Shown here piece after piece: positions 27,681-39,411 of a stretch of 64,000 nucleotides of DNA. The position numbers and the translations under genes were made by a program. Under the pieces are notes generated by a model. It made no database searches. It was not told where the DNA came from and saw only the letters and a list, made by a program, of their open reading frames with translations. Numbering within the stretch: position 1 is the first letter of the stretch; each line of letters opens with the position of its first letter. The stretch comes from the human T2T-CHM13v2.0 reference genome, Homo sapiens, in NCBI RefSeq assembly GCF_009914755.1, contig NC_060940.1; one strand, given 5' to 3'.

Positions 27681-28323
27681 CCTGGGAATCCACTGGAATC
27701 ATGAAGGACACCCTAAATCCTGGGGACGAGAAGGTGGGCAAACAGCCCCTGTGATTGCGTCTCAATGATGAAAGTGAGTAAAGCCCCAGTGCATGAGTGG
27801 GGCAGGGAGCCTCCTTTTGTGATTCACTTTTCCTCTGGGGAACACAGCAATCCAAGCCAAGGGAAAGCGCTTTGTTTCTCCCAAGCCCTGGAGCCAACTC
27901 AGGGAGAGGCTTGGAGATGCTGAGAGAGAAAGGTACCTGGAAAAGCTGCAGGCATTTTCCCAGACCTGGAACTGAGAGCAGGGTGCCATTTTCAATATGA
28001 GTGTATACAAAGTCAGTTACTCTTTGGCAACCTGGCAGTGTGGCTGCACAGGCATTTTAGTCTCAGGCCAGAGATTGGAGCACTTGCTCTGGACCAGGGT
28101 ACAGGCCTCCATGGCCAGAACTGTGGAAAGCACCTCAACAGTAAGCATTGGAATTGTGCTTTTCTCCATTGCAGACCTGGGGAGGGAGGAGAGCTACTAC
28201 AGCATGGTTTCTTCTGGGTGATGAGAACTGCAGCCAGGGCCAGCTTGGCAACCTGGAACCAGTCTGGTCTGCATGTGTCACTTCTGGGTGCCGCAGCCTG
28301 CTCCCTGGGATCATGGTGCAGTG

Positions 28324-28979
28324 GGGCCCTCTCTGCTCTACCTCCCGGTAGAGCGCCAGGCATTAAGAGCACCCACTTGCCTGGACCAGCAGCCTGAGCT
28401 GCCCCACCCTTCTTGGGAATGGACTGTGTGCAGTAGGACCCTCTCTTCTCCACACCCAGGCTGTTCTCTAGGCATTCAGAGCATCTGCTCCCACAGATTA
28501 GCCGCCCGAGTTACCCCATCCTTCCTGTGCAGAGATCCTGGTACCAGGAGGCCCTCTCTGCTTCACGACTGGGCAGATCTCCAGGCATTCAGAGCACTCG
28601 TTCACCTGGCTCAGCAGCCTGAGTTGCCCCACCCTTCCTATGCAGAGATTGTGGTGCAGCTTGACCCTCTATACTCCAAACCCAGTCAGATCTGCAGGCA
28701 TTTGGAGCACCTGTTTATCTGGATTGGCAACCTGAGCTGCCCCACCCTTCTTGCACAAGGCCCTCTCCACTCCACACCCAGGCAGAAGAACCCCAGGCAT
28801 TCAGAGCACTCAGTCACATGGACCAGCAGCCTGAACTGCCCCCACCCTTCCTGTGCAGAGATTGTGGCAGAGCAGGGCCTTCTCCCCTCCATGCCAAGGC
28901 AGATTTCCAGGCATCTGGGCACCCACTGTCCTGGATTAGAAGTGTAGGCTGCTCCCCTTCCCATACAGAGAATTGGGGC
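28324..28979 (+). repeat. Six diverged ~95-115-bp tandem monomers in the L1 5' UTR
   Basis: Recurring ccctct...caggcattcagagcac...cagcagcctgagctgccccacccttc starting near 28324, 28435, 28550, 28662, 28759 and 28875. Confidence 0.85.
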
Positions 28980-31900
28980 TGAGGAAGTTTCCCAGATGCA
29001 TGCCTAGTCATACCTTAGGGTGCTTGGTGGGCACTCACTGGATTTTCCCTCAGCACTTGTGCTTATGCTTGCCACTTGGGGACCTGTAGATGGACCTGCC
29101 CAGTCTGACGCTCATCATCTTGGCCCCAACCTCTAGGCCTGAGCAGGGAGCTCAGGCCATTGTGCACTCCATGAATCAGCCCATTACCTGAGGCAACAGA
29201 GAGCTTCTCACAGTAAACAAGGATCAGGTATACACCTGGCTGCACTGGCCACAGCCAGCTCTTACCCATAAGCTCCATCTACTGGTTTGTAAGTCAAACC
29301 ACACAGCCCAATATAAAACCTGCTAGCAGAAGTGCTTATAGTTATAGAAGCAAAGCCAAAAGACCCTACTCAACATTCTCTACAGTCACACCCCCTAGGG
29401 AGGTGGAAAAGGGAAAAGAAAAAAAAAATTGTAAGGAAAGAAAGAAAAAAGTTTTATCCACATGAAAATAACTACAAAAATTAGAAGTGCCAATGCCTCC
29501 AGATGAGAAGGAGCCAGTACTAGAATTCTGGCACCATAAAAATTCTGAATGTAGTGATATCACCATCACACTAGCTCTCCAGCAATGGTTCCTAACCAAA
29601 ATGGAAACTCAGAAATGACAGATAAAGAATTTAAAGCATGGATTGCAAGGAAGCTCAATGAGATCCAAGACAGGGTTGAAAATCAACACAAATAAGCTTC
29701 TAGAACAATCCAGGAAATGAAGGAAGATTTAAATGCTTTAAAAAGAAATCAGAGGTTCTAGAATTGAAAAACTCATGTAAAGAATTTGAAAATACAGTTG
29801 AAAACTTTATCAATAGAATAGACCAAGCAGAAGAAAGAATTTCAGAGCTTGAAGACCAGTCTTTTGAATTAACTCAGCCAGACAAAAATAAGGAAAAAAG
29901 AATTTTAAAAGTCGTTGATAAATATAAGATCATGTAAAGCCATCAAATCTATAAATTACTGGCATTCCTGAGAGAGAAGGAGAAAAGTAAACAACCTGGA
30001 AAAATTATTTGAGGGAATAACTAAAGAAAATTTCCCTAGTCTTGCTAGAGAGGTGGATATCCAGTTACAAGAAATCCAAAGAACACATGTGAGATATTAT
30101 ACAAAACAAATATCACCAAGGCATATATCACTAGGCTGTCAAGGTCAAGGCTAAACAAAAAGTCTTAAAGGCAGCTAAAGAAAAAGGTCAGATCACATAC
30201 AAAGGGATCCCCATCAGGCTAACATCAGACTTTTCAGCAGAAACCTTACAAGCCAGGAAAGATTGGGGGCCTGTTTTCAGTATTCTTAAACAAAAGAAAT
30301 TTCAACCAAGAATTTCATATCCTGCCAAACTTAGCATCACAAGTGAAGGACAAATAAAATCCTTTGCAGACAAGCAAGTGCTAATGTAATTCATTACCAT
30401 TAGACCAGCCTTACAAGAGATCCTTAAGAGAGTTCTAAACATGGAAACGAAATGTTTTTGTGCTACCCCAAAAATACACTTAAGTATACACCCCACAGAC
30501 CCTACAAAGCAACCACACAATAGAAACTACAAAGCAACCAGCTAACAACTTCACAATAGGATCAAAACTTCACATATCAATATTAACTTTGAATGTAAAT
30601 GGTCTAAATCCCCCCACTTAAAAGGCACGGAGTGAAAAGCTGGATAAAAAAAAAAAAAAAGACCCATCTGTCTACTGTCTTCAAGAGACCCACCTCACAT
30701 GGAATGACACCTATAGGTTCAAAGTAAAGGATCAGAGAAAGATCTATCATACAAATGGAAAATTTAAAAAAAAGCAGGGGTTGCTATTTTTATATCAGAT
30801 AAAATAGACTTTAAGCCAATAATAGTAAAAAAACAAAAAAAAGGGACAAACAAGGAGCATTACATGTTGATAAAGGGCTCAGTTCAACAAGAAGACTTAA
30901 CTATCCTAAATATACATACACCCAACATTGCAGCACTCAGATTCATAAAAAAAGTACTGCTAGACCTACAAAAAGACTTAAATGGCCACACAATAATAGT
31001 GAGAAATTTCAACAGCCTATTGACCATGTTAGACAGACCACTGAGACAGAAAACTAACAAAGAAATTCTGGACTTAAATTTGACACTTGACCAATTGTAC
31101 TTAATAGACATCTAAAGGCTACTCCACCCGTCAACCACATAATGCACATTCTTCTCATCTGCACACGGAAAATACTGTAAAATCAACCACTGTAAGAAAA
31201 TACTGTATGATCTCCCGAGATTGAATCAGGAAGAAATTGAAACCCTGAACAGATCAATATCAAGGTCCAAAATTCAACCTGTGATAATAATTTTTTTAAA
31301 CTTACCAACTGAAATAAGTCCCGAACCAGATGTATTCACAGACAAATTCTGCCAGACATAAAAAGAATTCTTGGTATCAATTTTGCTGAAACTATCCCAA
31401 AAAATCAAGGAGGAGGGACTCCTCCCTAACTCATTTTCCAAAGCCAGCATCACCCTGATATCAAAACCTGGCAAAGACACAATGAACAAAGAAAACTACA
31501 GGCCAATATCCCTGATGAAGATAGATGCAAAAATCCTCAACAAAATACTAACAAATCAAATCCAGCAGCACATCAAAAAGTTAACTCACCACAATCAACT
31601 AGGCTTTATTCCTGGGATGCATATAGTGCATATATATATATATATATAACATATATTGCATCCCAGGAATAAAGCCTTTGAATCAGCCTTTGAAAAAACC
31701 TTTGAACCAATAGTTGGTTCAACATATGCAAATCAATAAATGTGATTCACAGCATAATTAAAAATGAAAACCATATGATCATCTCAATAGATGTGGAAAA
31801 AAGCTTTCAATAAAATCCCTAGTTTGCTGCTTAGTTTGTTGATAAAAACCTTCGACAAACTAGTTATCAAAGGAACAAATCTCAAAATAGTAAGAGCCAT

Positions 31901-33776
31901 CAATGACCAACAAACATCATACTGAACAGGCAAAAGCTGGAAACACTTCCCTTGAGAACAGGAACAAGACAAGGATGCCCACTCTCACTATTCCTGTTCA
32001 ACATAGTACTGGAAGGCCTAGCCAGTACTCCACTTTTCAGGCAAGAGAAAAAAAATTTAAAAGGCATCCAAATAGGAAAAGAAGAAGTCAAATTATTTCT
32101 CCTTGCTGATGATATGATTCTATATATAGAAAACTAAAGACTCTGCTGACAGTCTCCTAAAACTGATCAACAACTTCAGTAAAATTTCAGAATGGGAAAT
32201 CAATATATAAAAATAAGTAGCATTTCTATACACTAATAACATTCAAACTGAGAGCAAAATCAAGGATGCAGTTCCATTTACAATAGCCACACAAAAAATT
32301 ACCTAGAAATACATCGAACCAAGGAGGTGAAAGATCCCTACAAGGAGAACTATCAAACACTGCTAAAAGAAATCACAGATGACACAAACAAATGGAAAAA
32401 CATTCTAGGCTCACGGAGTGGAAGAAACAATATTATTAAAATGGCCATACTGCCCAAAGCAATCTACAGATTCAATGCTATTCCTATCAAATTACTGACG
32501 CCATTCTTTACAGAATTAGAAAAACTATTGTAAAGTTCATATGGAACCAAAAAGGAGCCCAAATAGCCAAAGCAATCCTAAGCAGAAAGAACAAAGTCAG
32601 AGGCATCAGATTACCTGACTTCAAACTATACTATACGGCTACAGTCACCAAAACTGCATGGTACTGGTATAAAAACAGACACATAGACCAATGGACCAGA
32701 ATAAAGAACCCAGAAATAAAACCACACACCTACAGCCATCTGATCTTTGACAAAAGTGATAAAAAATAAGCAATGGAGAAAGGACTCCCTATTCAATAAA
32801 TAGTGCTAAGATAGCTGACTAGCCATATGCAGAAAAATGAAACTGGATCCCTACCTTTCACCATATACAAAAATTAACTCAAAATGGATTAAAGATTTGA
32901 ATGTAAGACCTCAAATTATAAGACTCCTAGAAGAAAATCTAGGAAATGCCATTCTGGACATCAGCCTTGGGAAAGAATTTATGAGTAAGCCTTCAAAAGC
33001 AATTGCAACAAAAACAAAAATTGGCAAGTGAGACCTAATCAAACTAAAGAGCTTCTGCACAGCAAAAGAAACTATGAACAGAGGAAACAGACAACCTACA
33101 GAATGGGAGACAATATTCATAAGCTACACATCTGACAAAGGTCTAATATGCAGAATCTATAAGGAACTCAAAAAATTCAATAAGCAAAAAACAACCCCAT
33201 TAGAAAGTAGGCAGAGGACATGAACAGACACTTCTCAAAAGAAAACATACAAGCAGCAAACAAACATAAGAAAAAATGCTCAACATCACTGACAAATGCT
33301 CATCATCTCTTAAGATTATCAGAGAAACGCAAATCAAAACCATAATTAGATACTATCTCACACAAGTCAGAATGGCTATTATTAAAGATATGATAATGTC
33401 CAGGCTGCAGATAAAAGGGGACACTTTATGCAATGTTAGTGGGAATATAAATTAGTTCAGCCACTGTGGAAAGCAGTTTGGAGATTTCTCAAAGAATTTA
33501 AAACAGAACTACCATTTGATCCAGCAATCCCATTACTGGATATACACCCAAGGAAAACAAATAGTTCTACCAAAAAGACACATGCACTTACATGTTTATT
33601 GCAGCACTATTCACAATAGAAAAGACATGCAATCGACCTAGGTGCCCACCCTTCACTATATACAAAAATTAACTCAAAATGGATTAAAGATTTGAATGTA
33701 AGACCTCAAACTATAATGGTGGATTAGATAATCCTTTAGATATCTAACGGTGAATTAGATAAAGAAAATTGGGTAA

Positions 33777-33850
33777 CACTAAAGAACTTACTCATGTAAC
33801 CAAATGCCACCTGTTCCTCAAAAACCTATGGAAATAAAAAATTAATTTAA
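33777..33850 (+). mobile_element. Very short L1PB-type 3' end inserted in the L1PA element
   Basis: cactaaagaacttactcatgtaaccaaatgccacctgttcctcaaaaacctatggaaataaaaa; flanked by aaaattg on both sides. Confidence 0.75.
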
Positions 33851-34839
33851 AAATTTTTTTTAAAAAAATTGCGATACATATACACCACAGAATACCACAT
33901 AGCCATTAAAAGGAACAAAATCATGTCCTTTCCAGCAATACAGATGCAGCTGGAGGATCTTATTCTAAGTGAATTAACACAGGAACAGAAAACCAAATAC
34001 TGCATGTTCTCACTTATAAGTTGGAGCTAAGCATTAGGTACACATGGCCATAAAGATGAGAACAATAGATACTGGAGGCTACTAGAGCAGGGAGGGAGGG
34101 TGTGGGGAAAGGGCTGAAAAACTACCTGTTGGGTACTATGCTCACCACCTGGGTGACAGAATCAGTCACACCCCAAACCTCAGCATCACGCAATATATCC
34201 TTGTCACAAACCTGCACATGTACCCCCTGAATCTAAAATAAAAATTGAAATTATAAAAAAAGAGAAATTAAGACTGTCCCAGATAAACAAAAACTGGAAG
34301 CATTCATTACCATTAGACCTGTCCTAGGAGAAACGCTAAAGGGAGTTCCTCAACTTGAAAGAAAGGACACCAGACAGCGGCATGAAGCCATATGAAAATA
34401 TAAAGACATCCCATGTTAGTGGATTGAAAGACTTAGTATTATTATGATATCAGAACTACCCAAAGTGATTTAAAGACTCAACACAATCCTTATCAAAATC
34501 TCAATGGCATTTTAAAGAATACAAAATTCATGTGGACTCTCAAGAACTCTGAATAGCCAAAATAATCTTGGGGAAAAAAAAAACAGAGTAAAGTTGGAGA
34601 TCTCACACTTCCTGACTTCAAAACTTATTAGAGAGCTAATCAAAACAGCTTGGTACTGGCATAAAGACAGATATAAAGACTAATGGAACAGAATAAAGAG
34701 ATAAGAAATAACCCCTCACATATATGGTTAAACGATCTTTGATAAGGGTACCAAGACCACTCAAAGGGGCAGTCTCTTCAACAAATGGTGTTGGGTAAAC
34801 TGGATATCCACATGCAAAAGAATAAAATTGGAGCATTAA

Positions 34840-35418
34840 TATTATGGACTGAATTGTGTCCCCCCCAAATTCATATGTTAAGGCCCTAATTCCAAATATG
34901 ATTATGTCTGGAGATAGGGCCTTGTATTAGTCCATTTTCACCCTGCTGATAAAGACATACCCAAGACTGGGCAGTTTATAAAGAAAAAGAGGTTTAATGG
35001 ACTCACAGTTCCACTTGGCTGGGGAGGCCTCACAATCATGGCGGAAGGCGAAAGGTGAAAGACACATCTTACATGGCATCAAACAAAAGAGAATGAGAGC
35101 CAGAAGAAAAGGGAAACTCCTTATAAACCCTTCAGATCTTGTGAGATTTATTCACTACCATGAGAAGAATATGGGGGAAACCACTCCCATGATTCAATTA
35201 TCGCCCACCGGGTCCCTCCCACAACATGTCAGGATTATGGGAGCTACAATTCAAGATGAGATTTGGGTGGGGACACAGCCAAACCATATCAGGCCTCTAA
35301 AGAAGTAGATAAGGTTAAATTAGGGCCTTAGTCTAATAGGACTGGTGTCTTATAAGACTTATAAGAAGAGGAAAAGACAACAGGATATCCCCCCACCTCA
35401 ATCTCTCTCTGCCCCCCT

Positions 35419-35456
<38 letters not shown>

Positions 35457-35662
35457 CCCATGAGGACAGAGAAAATGCCACATAAGGGCATAGCAAAGAG
35501 GAGAATATCTGCAAGCCAGGAAGAGAAGTCTCAACAGAAACCAACCCTACTGGCATCTTAATTTGGACTCCTAGCCTTCAGAACGGTGAGAAAATAATTG
35601 TCTCTTATTTAGTCATCCCGTCTGTGGTATTCCGTCATGGCAGCCTGAGCAGGCTAATAACA
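34840..35662 (+). mobile_element. MLT1A-like LTR split by THE1
   Basis: tatggactgaattgtgtcccccccaaattcatatgtt start; gcagcctgagcaggctaat end. Confidence 0.8.
34923..35291 (-). mobile_element. THE1 solo LTR (THE1B/C-like)
   Basis: tgtattagtccattttcac...gagatttgggtggggacacagccaaaccatatca; 5-bp TSD ggcct at 34918-34922 and 35292-35296. Confidence 0.95.
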
Positions 35663-38220
35663 TACTTATCTTACACTATATACAAAAATTAATTCAAATG
35701 GATTGAAGACCTGAACCTGGGACCCAAAACTATCAAACTCCTAGAGGAAAGCGTTGGGGAAAAGCTTCTTGACATTGGATTTGGCAGTGATTCTTGGATA
35801 TGACATCAAAAAGCACAAAAGGCAACAAAAGTAAAAATAGATAAATGGGACTACACCAAACTTTAAAAGTTTCATCCATCAAATAACACAATCAGAATGA
35901 AAAGACAAATAATGAAATGGGAGAAAATATTCACAAATCACGTATATTATAAGGTCTTGATACCCAGAATATGTGAAAAAATTATATGACTCAGCAACAA
36001 AAAATAAAATAACTTGATTTTAAAATGAAAAAGGGACTTCAGTTAACATTTCTCCAAAGATGATATGCAAGTGATCAATAAGCATATAAAAATGCTCAAA
36101 ATCACAGTAATTATTAGAGAAATGCATATCAAAACCACAATGAAATATCACTTCATACCCCTTAGGATGGCTACAAAAGAAAAACAAACAGCAAAAAGTA
36201 GTGCTGGCAAGGCTGTAGATCAAATGGAACCCCAGTGCATTGTTGGTGGGATTGTAAAATGGCGCAACCACTAGGGAAAATAGTATGTTGGTTTGTCAAA
36301 AAATTAAAAATAAAACTACCATATGTCCCAGCAATTCCATTTCTGGATATCCAAAAGAATTGAAAGCAGGCTCTCAAAGAGATATTTGCACACCCACGTT
36401 CATAGTAGCACTATTCACAATAGCCAAGAGGTAGAAGCAATTCAAATGTCCATTGACAGAAGAATGGGTAAACAAAATGTGGTATACACACATACAATGG
36501 AATAGTATTCATTCTTAAAAAGGAAGGAAATCCTATCACATGCTACACCATGGGTGAACCTTGATGATATTATGTTAAGTGAAATAAGCCAGACGCACAA
36601 GAACAAATATTACCTGATACTATTTATATGATGAATCTAAGATAGTCAAACTCATAGAAACAGAGAGTGGAATGGTGGATGCCAGGACTGAGTAGAAGGA
36701 GGAAGTGGGGAGTTCTTGTTTAATGAGTATAGAGTTTCAGTTTCCCAAGATTGAAAAGTTCTGGAGATTTGCTGTATAACAATGTGAATATACTTAACAC
36801 TACTGAACCATACACTTAACAGTGATTAAAAGAGTACATTTTCTGTTACGTGTTTTGGGTTTTTTTCTTACTACAATTTTAAAGAGAAAGAGAGAAATCC
36901 CTGGACTATCCTTAGATCCAGGTGAGAGAGGCTCCTGCCTGGGACTGGTGTGAGGGGGGTATGGGGAGGGTGTGAGGAGGGCATGGGGACAGCATCAGGT
37001 GGCCGCAGGGTGGGTGTGGAGAGGGTGTGGGGGGCGTGTGGGATGTCTCAGGGTGAGGACCGAGCAGATGCTGAGTAAAGGTGCTGAGGTGGGTAAGCAC
37101 ACGATGTGTTCAGGCAACAGGTAGTCTGTCCGTACCGCAGAACCTCAGGGCCATGAGGGGAGATGCTGCTGGGAAGGAGAGCTAGGGTCAGGTGGAGAAA
37201 GGTGTGAATGTTGGCTGGTTCAGGAGTGGCCGAGGGCGGCCACAGAAGGTTTCTAAACTAGCAGGTGAAACAAAGAAATGTGTGCTCCGGGGACATCACC
37301 CCTGGCAGGCAATGGGAAGTAGAGGAAGGCACAGAAGCTCAACTTTGGCTCCCTTGCATCGCTAGCAATACCAGTCACTCTAGTCCTGCCCACAACATGG
37401 TGAGTGGAGGGTGGAAGACCCAATCAAATCCTGACTTCCTATCTGTGCCTCTCCTTCTAACCCTGCTGTTCCCAACATCCCAGCATCACTCACTTCACTG
37501 TGTGTAATGAGCATGAAAGGTTATACTATCAACCCGCAGATGCCATGGTATAGGGGATATTTAATGGTGTTACCCGGGAACCATCAGGGAATCAAGGACT
37601 TCTGCATAGCAGGGAACTCTTTTCCAGGCAGCAAGCAACTCTAGAAGTTATTTTTCCCTGTCAGAGAGAGAGAAAGAGAAAAGGGAGCTTATGAAAACAT
37701 CTCTCATTATTAGAACACAGAACAATGATCATGCGGATGGAACAGAAAGAAACAGCACAGAGATGCAGAGGAGTGAAGCCATCCCCCTGACAAAACAGCC
37801 AGTAGGCAACTTCCAAAGTGTGCACTGATAATTGCAGTAACCAATTAGGAACAGCAGTAGCCAAATCTGTAAGAATGCTATTGCCAGAGGTTCTGTACTT
37901 GGGGGATTTTCCATCAACAAATTGCAGGTGAAGAGATTGAGAATGCCCTGCCTGTACTTGGTCTAAAAGGCCCAGATTCAGGGAAGCTAGCCTTGCAATG
38001 CACCCACGTGTGGGAAGTGGAGGCCACCTGACAGCTTGACTTCATCTAAGGCTTTGCCCACCAACACTCAGCACAGCACCCCTCCCTCCATGCCTCTGCT
38101 GTGCTCCCAGGACCTGCCCCTGCATCCCCCTCGGCCCCATGACTGCCCCTTCACTCTGTGACATTTCCTGTCTCCACTGACCCCAAGTAATTCAAAATAC
38201 AGTCACCAGAGCTTTTCTTC

Positions 38221-38668
38221 TATGACTCAACAACAAAAATTAAAATAACTTGATTTTAAAATGAACAAGGGACTTCAGTTGACAGTTCTCCAAAGATGAT
38301 ATGCAAGTGATCAATAACCATATAAAAATGCTCAAAATCACACTAATTACATGCCCTCAGTATCAAATCACTAATCACACTAATTTCATCCCCTCAGGAT
38401 GAAATCCAAAGCTGCAGTCATCTGAAGGTTTCACTGGAGCTTGAGCGTCAGCTTCGAGGGTGCCTCATTCCCACACTTGTCAGGTCAGTGCTGGCCATTG
38501 GTGGGAGGCCTCAGTTCCCTGCCATGTGGGCCTCTCCACAGGGCTGCCTGGGTATCCCCACCATGTGGCTTCCCCCTAAGGGAGTCTGGCATGCCCCCAC
38601 CCCCAAGCAAGCCATCTAAGAGGAGGAAGTAAATGCTGAAATGCCCTTTCTGGCCTAGTGTCAGATTT
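38221..38668 (+). repeat. Composite dispersed duplication (copy of 35985-36113, a scrambled linker, then a copy of 39570-39841)
   Basis: 122/129 identity to the upstream L1MB segment; clear colinear similarity to the downstream MLT1 segment. Confidence 0.9.
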
Positions 38669-38804
38669 CTGTGAGCCCACATGTGGCCCCAGCCTGACTC
38701 CTAAGACAGGAGTGTAGGTTACATTTCCAGGCTCTCTGCACATCTAGGAGGTAAGGGCAGGAAAGTGGTATGAGAAAGCAAAAGAAATCTCTCCCTCAGC
38801 CTCA

Positions 38805-39170
<366 letters not shown>

Positions 39171-39249
39171 TCACTATTCTCAGTCCCCAGGAGCTCATGT
39201 GGGTTCAGTTGTTACTAATTAATCTTTCCATCGTCTTCATCAGAACCTG

Positions 39250-39410
39250 AGTTCCAAGGGCCCTTTGGACATTGTGATGATGGTGTGGGATGGGGGATAT
39301 TTGATGGTGTTACACAGGAACCATCAGGGAGTTGAGGACTTCCACATAGCAGGGAAGTCTTTCCCAGGTAGCAAGCAGTTCCAAGGGCCCTTTGGACATT
39401 GTGATGATGG
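39250..39410 (+). repeat. 34-bp perfect direct repeat flanking a copy of 37539-37640
   Basis: agttccaagggccctttggacattgtgatgatgg at 39250-39283 and 39377-39410; interior colinear with sequence 1740 bp upstream. Confidence 0.92.
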
Positions 39411-39411
39411 C

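Larger units (their letters stand above)
27575..34260 (+). mobile_element. Near-full-length L1PA15/16-type (L1P4) LINE, inactive
   Basis: ~2-kb 5' UTR; ORF1 remnant at about 29585-30440; ORF2 fragments (EN: IKGSVQQEDLTILNIHTPN; RT: [36 protein letters not shown]); 3' end ccccaaacctcagcatcacgcaatat...cctgaatctaaaataaaa. Confidence 0.9.
34262..36885 (+). mobile_element. Old L1MB-type element, right part (ORF1 end, partial ORF2 with a large deletion, 3' UTR), interrupted by MLT1A/THE1
   Basis: gagaaattaagactgtcccagataaacaaaaactg continues the left part; 3' UTR tttaatgagtatagagtttcagtt...gttctggagattt...tacttaacactactgaac. Confidence 0.8.

Noticed and set aside
28273-28947. 224-aa ORF with internal repeats
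   Set aside because: Translation of the L1 5' UTR tandem monomers; no evidence of coding function
30864-33031. L1 ORF2 fragments as functional CDS
   Set aside because: Multiple stops, frameshifts and a large deletion; the element is inactive
39250-39410. CRISPR-like repeat-spacer-repeat appearance
   Set aside because: Only two repeats, eukaryotic context, and the spacer is a local genomic copy
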